Source: Brevinematales bacterium (GTDB lineage Bacteria > Spirochaetota > Brevinematia > Brevinematales > GWF1-51-8). Taken from it: a DNA stretch of 64,000 nucleotides. A program made the position numbers and the translations under genes. This document shows positions 30,195 to 37,983 of this stretch, in pieces (the stretch's first letter is position 1; every line of letters begins with the position of its first letter). The stretch spans positions 23,992-87,991 of the forward strand of contig JABLXV010000007.1 in NCBI GenBank assembly GCA_013177895.1, in the 5' to 3' direction. The notes under the pieces were generated by a model. It was not told the origin of the DNA and made no database searches. It worked only from the letters and a program-made list of their open reading frames with translations.

Positions 30195-30533
30195 ATGAAA
30201 CCTGCCGTTATCGCGAAAATAAGCGTGATCCTTCTACTGGTCATCGTTGTGGTGATTCTAATCCTGCAAAACCTGACTCCCGCGCCGCTGAATTTCCTGT
30301 TCTTCCAGGCACAGTCCGTGCCTGTGATCGTCATCATCCTCGTCACCCTCGTAATCGGTTATGCAATAGGCCTATTAAGCTACCGTCTGCTGTTCGGCGC
30401 ATCGCTCAAACAGGAAAAAGAGGAAGCCCAAGCAAAACCGTCCCCTAAGAAGAAGGTGTCCGAGGAAACTAAGGAAAACTTCGATCCCGATGCTACCGAG
30501 CCCGCGCCGGCGGATAAGAAGAAACGGAAATAA
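30195..30533 (+). CDS. LapA-domain (DUF1049-like) small inner-membrane protein with a Lys/Glu-rich tail
   Basis: It has two TM helices (ISVILLLVIVVVILILQNL and VIVIILVTLVIGYAIGLL). I chose the ATG at 30195, 6 nt after GGGAG. The ORF-track start at 30135 looks like an upstream extension. Confidence 0.5.
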   Translation: MKPAVIAKISVILLLVIVVVILILQNLTPAPLNFLFFQAQSVPVIVIILVTLVIGYAIGLLSYRLLFGASLKQEKEEAQAKPSPKKKVSEETKENFDPDATEPAPADKKKRK

Positions 30534-30541
30534 TCCGTAAT

Positions 30542-31888
30542 ATGCCTAAATCGAAAAGTTTATTTGTCTGCGGGGAATGCGGGTATAAAACCTCGAAATG
30601 GCTGGGGAAATGCCCGCAATGCGGAGAGTGGAATACCTTCATCGAGGAAATCGAATCGTCCGAACCCGCGCATCATCCGGCCGCCGTATCCGTTATTCAT
30701 CCTATCCCCATCGGCGAGGTCGAATACTCGGAAAGTTCCCGTATATTCACGAAAATAGACGAGCTTGACCGCGCGCTCGGGGGAATTGTCCCCGGGCAGG
30801 CCGTCCTCGTATCGGGCGAGCCGGGTATCGGGAAATCCACCCTGCTCCTCCAGACTGCCGGGGCTCTCGCGGTCAACCATACCGTATTCTACGTCAACGG
30901 CGAGGAGTCGAACCCGCAGGTAAAATCCCGAGCGTCGCGTCTCGGCCTGCAATCCAAGACCATGTACCTTTTCAACGAGAACAATCTCGACAGTATTATC
31001 GCGCGGGTTTCCGCCGATAAGCCGGACTTCCTGTTCGTCGATTCGCTCCAGACCCTCTACTCGCCGCGTTACGCGTCCCTGCCGGGCAGCGTCCTTCAGG
31101 TGCGGGAGTGCGCCCATGAGCTGATCTCGCTCTCGAAGGGGCTGGGCATCCCGGTGTTCCTCGTGAGCCATATCACTAAGGGCGGGGATATCGCCGGCCC
31201 GAAAATAGTCGAGCATCTGGTCGACACCGTACTCTATATAGAAACCGACACGCGCGGGTATTACCGTATCCTGCGCCCGCTGAAGAATAGATTTTTTACC
31301 ACCGAGGAGGTGGGGTTTTTCACCATGGGGGAGAACGGACTTGCGGGGATCGAGGATATTTCCACCGCGTTCACATCCATCCATAGCGGCGCGGTGAACG
31401 GGGTGTCCGTATTCCCGATGATCGAGGGGAACCGCGTGTTCCCGGTGGAGATTCAGGGTTTATGCGTCGCGTCGCAGTTCAGCTATCCCCGCCGCGCGGC
31501 CGACGGGATCGACCTGAACCGGCTCTATATGCTCGCGGCGATTATGGAGAAACGTCTGGGCGCAAACCTTGCCGCGTCGGATTTATATGTGAATATCACA
31601 GGCGGGTTGACTATCGACGATCCCGCGCTCGACCTCGCGGTCATTTTCGCGGTCTATTCGTCGCTCAAGGATAAGCCCGTATCGCTGGATACGATCGTAT
31701 TCGGGGAGGCCGGGTTGACCGGCGAGGTGCGCCCGGTGTTCAGGATGGAGAAACGGCTGGCTGAGGCGAAACGCCTCGGGTTCAAGCGCGCGGTGGCGCC
31801 GTATCAGCAGAAGGGGATCAAGCCGCCCGACGGGATAACCGTACTGCCGGTAAAGAGTATCGACGAGGGTATCGCGCTAATCGGATGA
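30542..31888 (+). CDS. radA: DNA repair protein RadA
   Basis: The ORF is 448 aa. It has the zinc ribbon CGECGYKTSKWLGKCPQCGEW, the Walker A motif GEPGIGKSTLLLQ and the RadA motif LKNRFF. A Lon-protease-like C-terminal domain is present. Confidence 0.95.
   Translation: MPKSKSLFVCGECGYKTSKWLGKCPQCGEWNTFIEEIESSEPAHHPAAVSVIHPIPIGEVEYSESSRIFTKIDELDRALGGIVPGQAVLVSGEPGIGKSTLLLQTAGALAVNHTVFYVNGEESNPQVKSRASRLGLQSKTMYLFNENNLDSIIARVSADKPDFLFVDSLQTLYSPRYASLPGSVLQVRECAHELISLSKGLGIPVFLVSHITKGGDIAGPKIVEHLVDTVLYIETDTRGYYRILRPLKNRFFTTEEVGFFTMGENGLAGIEDISTAFTSIHSGAVNGVSVFPMIEGNRVFPVEIQGLCVASQFSYPRRAADGIDLNRLYMLAAIMEKRLGANLAASDLYVNITGGLTIDDPALDLAVIFAVYSSLKDKPVSLDTIVFGEAGLTGEVRPVFRMEKRLAEAKRLGFKRAVAPYQQKGIKPPDGITVLPVKSIDEGIALIG
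31861..31888 (+). repeat. Left copy of a 28-nt direct repeat (the radA 3' terminus including its stop)
   Basis: The sequence cgacgagggtatcgcgctaatcggatga recurs at 32784..32811 with a single T/C difference that is synonymous for Gly. Confidence 0.9.
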
Positions 31889-31900
31889 ATCAAATCTAAA

Positions 31901-32041
31901 TCATAGATGCTTTTTTACTTTTACTACGATTATTATTACTACTACAACAATAGCAATAATAATCACAGCAGTTACAACTGAACTTACCGTATCTTGAATA
32001 GATTGCATAGCATTTGTAACATTATCAAGAAATTTATTCAT
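31901..32041 (-). CDS. Small single-pass membrane peptide (46 aa), AT-rich
   Basis: This ORF is below the ORF-track size cut-off. My translation gives MNKFLDNVTNAMQSIQDTVSSVVTAVIIIAIVVVVIIIVVKVKKHL. The RBS context is AAAAAAGGAGAAATT-ATG. A possible promoter reads TTGATA-17-TATAAC upstream on the minus strand. Confidence 0.5.
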   Translation of the reverse strand: MNKFLDNVTNAMQSIQDTVSSVVTAVIIIAIVVVVIIIVVKVKKHL

Positions 32042-32239
32042 AATTTCTCCTTTTTTATTATTTACGGTTATAACATCTTTATACTACTATATCAAGGTTA
32101 TATAATTATTATATAGAAATATTTATCTTCTATTCTTTTCCGCGTAAATCCGTCCAATCCGTGAAACCAGTGTGAAATTTTATGGGTCGATAAGAATAGA
32201 GTATGGTTTTAAAAACTCATTGCAACTCCTAAAAAAGAC

Positions 32240-32725
32240 AATCTTCATTTCTTTCTGAACGGCCAGAAAGAAATGAAGCAAAGAACCCCGCACAAGAATG
32301 CGGGACAAGCGAGCCGCCGCGCAAATAAAGCTTATAAGAAGTTCCGGGAAATCCGAGTCGGGCGTAACTCGCAAGCATGTTCCGTGCGAAGCGAAAGCAG
32401 GCCTACGTCGGACATACGCCCTTGTTCGGATTTCCCGGTAGTAAGAAGCGCTTTAAAGTGCGCGGACAGAACAACCGAAAGGCATAATTCTTTAGTAATT
32501 TTATATTTGGCTGTTCACCCCCGCCGCTGTGAGGCGACTTTTGCTAAGCGAAACGGAAAGAAACGCCGTTTGTTCGAGCCTTGATCTATCTCGCATCAGT
32601 GATTTCTCCCGCGGCGAGTTACGGCGTTTCCCGTTTCGCGCCCCTCTGCTTGAGAGCGTCATCCCGGCGGGAAACCTCTTTCTTTCGTTCTTTCTTTCTG
32701 GGTTCGCAGAAAGAAAGAACAATGG
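32240..32725. other. ORF-free, GC-rich, highly self-complementary element of about 0.5 kb with hairpin termini (candidate large structured ncRNA or MITE/PATE-like element)
   Basis: A perfect 15-bp hairpin lies at 32243-32278 (cttcatttctttctg/aacggc/cagaaagaaatgaag). A perfect 14-bp hairpin lies at 32687-32720 (gttctttctttctg/ggttcg/cagaaagaaagaac). The flanks interior to the two hairpins are inverted repeats of each other. A central 95-nt hairpin at 32344-32438 has 13-bp and 7-bp perfect stems. The only ORFs are low-complexity and basic. Confidence 0.5.
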
Positions 32726-32783
32726 CTTTTTATGTTCAAAAGGAGTTTTTGGAATCCCCTAGAGTATCATTGCTAAAATGGTT

Positions 32784-32811
32784 CGACGAGGGCATCGCGC
32801 TAATCGGATGA
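32784..32811 (+). repeat. Right copy of the 28-nt direct repeat (a duplicate of the radA 3' terminus)
   Basis: The sequence cgacgagggcatcgcgctaatcggatga matches 27 of 28 positions of 31861..31888. Weaker similarity extends about 10 nt further 5'. Confidence 0.9.
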
Positions 32812-32922
32812 TTTCTTTCCGCGGCGGACTATCGCGACAATGACGATTATTACAATGATCGCCGCAAATATGACCCCGACGCCCATGAGAAGTTCCGGCA
32901 ATCCTTCGAATATCCCAAACAT
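32800..32922 (-). CDS. Small single-pass membrane peptide (40 aa)
   Basis: My translation gives MFGIFEGLPELLMGVGVIFAAIIVIIVIVAIVRRGKKSSD, in frame over 123 nt, with GAGGGG upstream. The last four codons and the stop lie inside the right 28-nt repeat. Confidence 0.45.
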   Translation of the reverse strand: MFGIFEGLPELLMGVGVIFAAIIVIIVIVAIVRRGKKSSD

Positions 32923-32959
32923 AACTACCCCTCGGTAAGAAATAGAATTCTATATGCGA

Positions 32960-33094
32960 TCAGTCTTTTTTGCGCTTTGCCCTGACGACAATAACAACCG
33001 CAGCCGTTATGACGATCACCCCGGCAATAATTGAGATAACCAGAATCCGATTGGCATTGAAAAATTCGATAAACATGGCAGTAAAACTTGTCAT
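32960..33094 (-). CDS. Small single-pass membrane peptide (44 aa)
   Basis: My translation gives MTSFTAMFIEFFNANRILVISIIAGVIVITAAVVIVVRAKRKKD, in frame over 135 nt, with GAGGTG upstream. Confidence 0.45.
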   Translation of the reverse strand: MTSFTAMFIEFFNANRILVISIIAGVIVITAAVVIVVRAKRKKD

Positions 33095-33150
33095 ATACAC
33101 CTCGTATAAATAAAAGCCCCCCGGAAGGGCTTGTCGATAAACTGTTTTAT

Positions 33151-33305
33151 GTCATTGCGAGGCGTCATGGTGAGCACTTGTCCCGCGTTCAGCGGGATGT
33201 CGAACCATAGCCGAAGCAATCTATTTTAATACCATCTAAGGAATAAAATAGACTGCTTCACCCCGCGTAGCAAAAAATACTGCACCGCGGGGTATCGCAG
33301 TGACA
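33151..33305 (+). repeat. REP/MITE-like element of about 155 nt (same family as 29855..30010, 55290..55378 and 58552..58637)
   Basis: It contains gtcattgcgaggcgtcatggtgagc, ccatagccgaagcaatctatttt, atagactgcttcaccccgcg and ggtatcgcagtgaca. Internal hairpins include tcccgc/gttca/gcggga. Confidence 0.75.
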
Positions 33306-33372
33306 GAAAAAGATTGAATTTCTTTGTTCATCAACAAACCCGGAAACGGGAGGCTTTAAATAATAGTTATGC

Positions 33373-33828
33373 TTAGATGTTATTGAGCTTGCTCATTTCT
33401 GCGTTCGCTTTATCCTTGGTTTCCTTGCCCGCGGTCGGGTCGCTCACCACGTCCTTAAATTTTTTCATCGCCGCGCCCTTATAGGTCTCGATATCCTCGG
33501 GGGTAAAACCGTACTTCGGCTCCTTGATGTTCTCCTTGAGGAACTTCGCCACCAGCGCAAGAGCCTTGCCGGAATCGAGTTTGGTCAACGCCGTCGGGTT
33601 GGATTTTTCAGCGCTAAGCGCCGCCTTGAGCACCGCGATCACATTCTTATAGGCCGTATCGTCGAATTTATCCTTGACCGTGTTCTGCGGCTGAACCACC
33701 GCGTTCGTTTTACCAACCGTGGTATTGGTCTGTCCGCCGTCACCCGGTTTAACCGCGGTACCGCCGCAGGAGACAAGCGCCACCCCCACAGCCGCCATGA
33801 ATAGTATAGACATCGTAAATTTTTTCAT
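33373..33828 (-). CDS. Hypothetical lipoprotein
   Basis: The ORF is 151 aa with AGGAGG upstream and the lipobox GVALVSCGG. It is Lys-rich and helical. Confidence 0.6.
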   Translation of the reverse strand: MKKFTMSILFMAAVGVALVSCGGTAVKPGDGGQTNTTVGKTNAVVQPQNTVKDKFDDTAYKNVIAVLKAALSAEKSNPTALTKLDSGKALALVAKFLKENIKEPKYGFTPEDIETYKGAAMKKFKDVVSDPTAGKETKDKANAEMSKLNNI

Positions 33829-33837
33829 TGTTTCCTC

Positions 33838-34278
33838 CTATTTATCTTTCCACTTGATCGCCTTAATCGCGTTCCACGCGGCGGTTATAGTCGCCTGGGC
33901 GTGATTACGTTTCACCACAATATTCAGGAGCGCCGAAAACGAACTGGGCTGACCGGAAATCTTGAGAATATTCACCAGTTCCAACGCGATCATATCGCTC
34001 TGGTACGACTTGTTATCTTCTTCTTTGTATTTGCTCTGGTCGTAGGCGAATAAGAGAAGATCGTTGATCGCATCGATAACCGTAGCGTCGTTTTCCTTGA
34101 CATAAGCGTCCTTCAGATAGGCTACCGCCTTCTTTTGCTCGGAGATCGGATTGTTCAGATCGAGCAAGGTACGGTACGCCTGATTGACCGCATCGGTTAA
34201 TTTGACATTGAGTTTATCACCCGCGAAGCCTGAGACGGATAGCAGCGCCAGAAAAACCGCGGTAAATGCCCGGACCAT
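33838..34278 (-). CDS. Secreted HEAT-like repeat protein (short paralog of 34291..34950)
   Basis: The ORF is 146 aa with a signal peptide. Its C-terminus ALLNIVVKRNHAQATITAAWNAIKAIKW parallels ALLQVVTLQNHRFQTIQAAWAAMEKIQW in the upstream gene. Confidence 0.6.
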   Translation of the reverse strand: MVRAFTAVFLALLSVSGFAGDKLNVKLTDAVNQAYRTLLDLNNPISEQKKAVAYLKDAYVKENDATVIDAINDLLLFAYDQSKYKEEDNKSYQSDMIALELVNILKISGQPSSFSALLNIVVKRNHAQATITAAWNAIKAIKWKDK

Positions 34279-34290
34279 CGATTTACCCCT

Positions 34291-34950
34291 TTACCACTGA
34301 ATCTTTTCCATCGCGGCCCACGCGGCCTGAATCGTCTGGAAGCGGTGATTCTGCAGGGTGACTACCTGTAGGAGGGCCGGGAACGCGCGGGGATCGCCGA
34401 TATCTCCTAACGCGGTGATAATCGCTTCCACGACCATATCGTCGGCAACCATCTTCTGATTATCCTCGCGGAAGTTCGCGTAGTTCAGCTCATTTTTAAC
34501 CATATTTACCAGTTTGGGAACCATGTTCGGACTTCCGATCATCGCCAACCCTTTAGCGGCGGTCATGCGGACTTTCGTGTTATCGAACTTGTTCAGGATG
34601 TTGAAGTAGGTCGTCTCGAATTTTGGGTCTTTCGTTAGAATTATCGCGTCCAATGCCGTCTGAACCGCGTCGGGATGACAGAAATTCCCGAGCTTATCGG
34701 TTCGGATATCAAACTCGGTGATTTCCGCAAGCACCTTGTACTTCTCGTCGCTCGTGTGCTTGGCAATCATTTTAACAATGATTACCTGCTGGTCGCGGTC
34801 GGTCGTTTTAAAGAATTGGGCTTTCAGTGTTTCGAGGGACTGATTTCCCCCGCCGATTTTCAGATCCTCAGGGACATAATCGCTCGCGAATCCGTTCGCC
34901 GAAAACAACAATGCCGCAACAAAACCCATTACGAGATACTTTGCTCTCAT
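34291..34950 (-). CDS. Secreted HEAT-repeat protein
   Basis: The ORF is 219 aa with a signal peptide. HEAT/PBS-lyase-like repeats include RMTAAKGLAMIGSPNMVPKL and VVEAIITALGDIGDPRAFPALL. Confidence 0.65.
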   Translation of the reverse strand: MRAKYLVMGFVAALLFSANGFASDYVPEDLKIGGGNQSLETLKAQFFKTTDRDQQVIIVKMIAKHTSDEKYKVLAEITEFDIRTDKLGNFCHPDAVQTALDAIILTKDPKFETTYFNILNKFDNTKVRMTAAKGLAMIGSPNMVPKLVNMVKNELNYANFREDNQKMVADDMVVEAIITALGDIGDPRAFPALLQVVTLQNHRFQTIQAAWAAMEKIQW

Positions 34951-35049
34951 AATAATCTCTCCTTAAACATATTTCCCCGAAACCTGTCTTCTAGCAGATA
35001 TTATCTTATCGAAAACTATAGAAAAATCAAGAAAACGATTAAAAATTTG

Positions 35050-35706
35050 TTAAATATTTATACTTTTCATTATTTCAGACAATACTTCGCCTATCGTTTT
35101 CCCGTCAGTGTCGATTTTTACCGCGTCTACCGGAACAGTCAGCGGCGAATTTTCCCTTGTGATATCCTTTGTATCACGACTCTCGATCTCACTCTTTATT
35201 TTATTCAGCGAATCGTCGTCGATTTTATCGATAATGCCTTTATCGTATAACTGGTTCGCCCTGCGGCGGGCGCGTTCCGTGGGGCTCGCGTCGAGGTAAA
35301 ACTTCCTGAAGGCTGCGGGGAACACCACCGTCCCCATATCCCGCCCCTCGCAGACATATTCGCCCTTCTCGGCAATCGCGCGCTGTAGCTCCACCAGCTT
35401 ATCGCGCACCGGGCGCAGTTCCGATACGGAGGAGACGTTCCGATCGATATCCGGGCGGCGGATCATACCGGTGACATCCTCGCCGTTAATCATCACCCTC
35501 TTTTTATCGAAGGTAATACTTACATTCTTTAGTAGATTTCGCAATTCGTCATTTTCCCGGATGGGGAGATTGTTTTTCTGAATGAGATAGGTAACCGCGC
35601 GGTACATCGCGCCGGTATCGAGATAAGAAAAGCCGAGCTGCTCCGCCAAACGCCGGGAAAGGGTGCTTTTTCCGCTTCCCGCGGGTCCGTCGATCGTGAT
35701 AATCAC
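35050..35706 (-). CDS. cmk: Cytidylate kinase
   Basis: The ORF is 218 aa with a GTG start overlapping the upstream stop. It has the P-loop ITIDGPAGSGKST, plus YLDTGAMYRA and GRDMGTVVFP. Confidence 0.93.
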   Translation of the reverse strand: MIITIDGPAGSGKSTLSRRLAEQLGFSYLDTGAMYRAVTYLIQKNNLPIRENDELRNLLKNVSITFDKKRVMINGEDVTGMIRRPDIDRNVSSVSELRPVRDKLVELQRAIAEKGEYVCEGRDMGTVVFPAAFRKFYLDASPTERARRRANQLYDKGIIDKIDDDSLNKIKSEIESRDTKDITRENSPLTVPVDAVKIDTDGKTIGEVLSEIMKSINI

Positions 35707-36551
35707 AGACTCTCCCGGAATTCCTTAGCCTGGCGAAGGTATTCGATCAATTCCTCGCGCTTGTTTTTTCGGATCATTTCGATAACGCTCTGGATCTCGC
35801 GCGAAAAATCGATCAGCGAACGCTCGACATTATCGGCGTTCACGAGAATAATATCCGTCCACATCTCGGGATTCCCCTGCGCGATACGGGTGGTGTCGAG
35901 GATACCCTTTCCGTACAGGCCGAAGAAGCGAACTTCCGACCACCCGTCCTTTTCCAATAGGCGCGAGAGCGCCGAAGAGATCAGGTGCGGGGAATGGCTG
36001 GTAGACGCGACTATCTCGTCATGGAAGTCCGCGGAGACCAGTACGATCTGCGCGCCCATCGCTTTCCAGAAATCGCGGACGGATGCGAGGATATCCTCAC
36101 GGCCTTCCCCGATCACGGCGACTATCTTCTTCTCGAACAAGTCCGCGCGCGCGAACTCCATCCCGGATTTCTCGCTTCCCGCCATCGGGTGAGTGCCTAC
36201 GAAATTTAAACCGCGATGATTGATTTTATTGACTTCTTTAATGACTATCCGTTTGACGCTGGCCACATCCATGATGATCACTTCGTCCGACAGGAAATTG
36301 TGGTACTCCGCGAATACGTCCGCGACATTCTGCGCGGGAGTGGCGATAATAAAATAGTCCAGACTCGCGAGCATCTCCGGGGAATTATCCGCTACTTCGT
36401 CGATAATGCCCAGCCGTTTGGCCGACATCAGCTTTTCCTTTCCGCGCCCGAACCCGATAACTTTACTGTCGGGCAGATAGGTTTTAATCGCAAGCGCGAT
36501 CGACCCGCCCATAATACCCAGACCGTGTATCCCATAAACCTTCTTAGGCAT
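35703..36551 (-). CDS. tyrA: Prephenate dehydrogenase
   Basis: The ORF is 282 aa. It has the Rossmann motif IHGLGIMGGSIALAI, plus DVASVK, GTHPMAGSEKSG and HDEIVASTSHSPH. Confidence 0.85.
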   Translation of the reverse strand: MPKKVYGIHGLGIMGGSIALAIKTYLPDSKVIGFGRGKEKLMSAKRLGIIDEVADNSPEMLASLDYFIIATPAQNVADVFAEYHNFLSDEVIIMDVASVKRIVIKEVNKINHRGLNFVGTHPMAGSEKSGMEFARADLFEKKIVAVIGEGREDILASVRDFWKAMGAQIVLVSADFHDEIVASTSHSPHLISSALSRLLEKDGWSEVRFFGLYGKGILDTTRIAQGNPEMWTDIILVNADNVERSLIDFSREIQSVIEMIRKNKREELIEYLRQAKEFRESL

Positions 36552-36582
36552 ACCTTCTCCTCGAAAAATGAACTGAAAATCG

Positions 36583-37602
36583 CTAAAGATTCTTCCCTTT
36601 TCCTACGACCGGAGCGATTTTTCTGAGCTCGCTCATCAGCAGATTGAACTTCTTCGGCTTCAACGACTGCGCCCCGTCGGACATCGCCTTCTCAGGCTCG
36701 TGGTGCGCTTCGACCATCACCCCGTCCGCGCCGGAAACTATCCCCGCGAGCGCCATCGGGATCACATACTGCCATACGCCAGACGCATGACTCGGGTCGA
36801 CTATGATAGGCAGATGAGTCCGTTCCTTCAATACCGGGATAGCCAGTACGTCGAGAGTGTTCCGGTAAGCGTTCTCGAACGTCCGTATACCGCGTTCGCA
36901 GAGTACCACGTCGAGATTGCCCTCGGACATCACATACTCGGCGGACATCAGCCATTCTTCTATAGTCTGCGCCATACCGCGTTTCAGCACCACCGGACGC
37001 TTGGTTTTCCCCACCTGCTTGAGCAGGGCGAAGTTTTGCGCGTTCCGTGTGCCGATTTGTATAACATCGGCATATTTCGCGACCAGTTCGACGTCCGCGG
37101 TATCCATTACTTCGGTCACCGTCGGCATTCCGAACTCTTTACCTATTTTCTGGAGTATTTTCAGCCCTTCTTCGCCCATACCCTGGAAGCTGTAAGGGGA
37201 CGTGCGGGGCTTGTAGGCGCCGCCGCGAAGGAGATTCGCCCCGGCCTCTTTCACAAATTTCGCGACAGTCCGCATCTGGTCTTCGCTTTCTATACTGCAC
37301 GGCCCGGCGATCACCCAGAGGTTGCCGCCGCCGATTTTCGCGCCATTGACGTCGATCACCGTATCGTCCGGGTGGAAATCCCGGCTCGCGAGTTTGTACG
37401 GTTTCGACACATGCACGACCGATTCGACGCATGATATGGATGCGATCGGATAATTCGCGAGCTTGGTTTTATCGCCGATTACCCCGATGATGGTCTGGAG
37501 CTCTCCCGTAGAAATATGAGTCCTGAGCCCCACCTTTTCGATCATGTCGACTATATGCTGAATTTGTTCGGGTTCCGTGGATGGTTTGAGAACGATAATC
37601 AT
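36583..37602 (-). CDS. aroF: 3-deoxy-7-phosphoheptulonate (DAHP) synthase, type I-beta, with an N-terminal regulatory domain
   Basis: The ORF is 339 aa. Motifs are VIAGPCSIESEDQ, GAYKPRTSPYSFQGMG and IIVDPSHASG. A ferredoxin/ACT-like N-terminal extension of about 70 aa precedes the catalytic domain. Confidence 0.9.
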   Translation of the reverse strand: MIIVLKPSTEPEQIQHIVDMIEKVGLRTHISTGELQTIIGVIGDKTKLANYPIASISCVESVVHVSKPYKLASRDFHPDDTVIDVNGAKIGGGNLWVIAGPCSIESEDQMRTVAKFVKEAGANLLRGGAYKPRTSPYSFQGMGEEGLKILQKIGKEFGMPTVTEVMDTADVELVAKYADVIQIGTRNAQNFALLKQVGKTKRPVVLKRGMAQTIEEWLMSAEYVMSEGNLDVVLCERGIRTFENAYRNTLDVLAIPVLKERTHLPIIVDPSHASGVWQYVIPMALAGIVSGADGVMVEAHHEPEKAMSDGAQSLKPKKFNLLMSELRKIAPVVGKGKNL

Positions 37603-37934
37603 TCGCCGTGCCTCCTGGATAAGGTTGTTTTAGATTTCCATAATTATACAGCGGTGGGGTAAAAAATACAAGTTACTGTAGCTGTTAATCTGCCCGTCGG
37701 CGCGTCGATTCTAACCGGCTGCATCTGGAGCGGAAAAATATGTATCAAGATGCCGCATTTTCAGGATATTACGGGATAAAGTGGGTTATTTATGAATATG
37801 TGGTGTGTCTTTACATATTTATGCTGTGTCCATATGATACAGTTCACATTTACTTTTTACCGGCTATTGAAACGGTTCAATTTGTAATTCTATGTATAAC
37901 AAATAGATACGTTTTCAGATGCGGGTGTTTCAGC

Positions 37935-37949
37935 TGGCACGGCTTTTGA
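37935..37949 (+). promoter_or_regulatory. Candidate sigma54 (-24/-12) promoter upstream of the hsp20 operon
   Basis: The sequence TGGCACG-gctt-TTGA matches the consensus TGGCACG-N4-TTGC at all positions but the last. It lies about 35 nt upstream of the ATG at 37984. An upstream palindrome ATTGAAACGGTTCAAT sits at 37866-37881. Confidence 0.3.
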
Positions 37950-37983
37950 TATAGATAGGTTAGATTATAAGAGGAGGATCACC

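Noticed and set aside
32240-32725. I considered a retron (msr/msd) interpretation of the long hairpins and flanking inverted repeats.
   Set aside because: No reverse transcriptase gene is adjacent or anywhere in the window. I therefore keep this only as a remote possibility within the broader ncRNA/MITE finding.
32180-32811. ORFs of 64-103 aa lie inside the structured block. One ends in FDEGIALIG, like RadA.
   Set aside because: Their translations are basic and low-complexity with no RBS. The RadA-like ending is simply the duplicated 28-nt radA terminus. I interpret the region as non-coding.
37740-37949. A 69-aa ORF lies upstream of the hsp20 operon.
   Set aside because: The sequence is Cys/Tyr/Phe-rich and unnatural, lies in an AT-rich promoter region, has no RBS and overlaps the candidate -24/-12 element.
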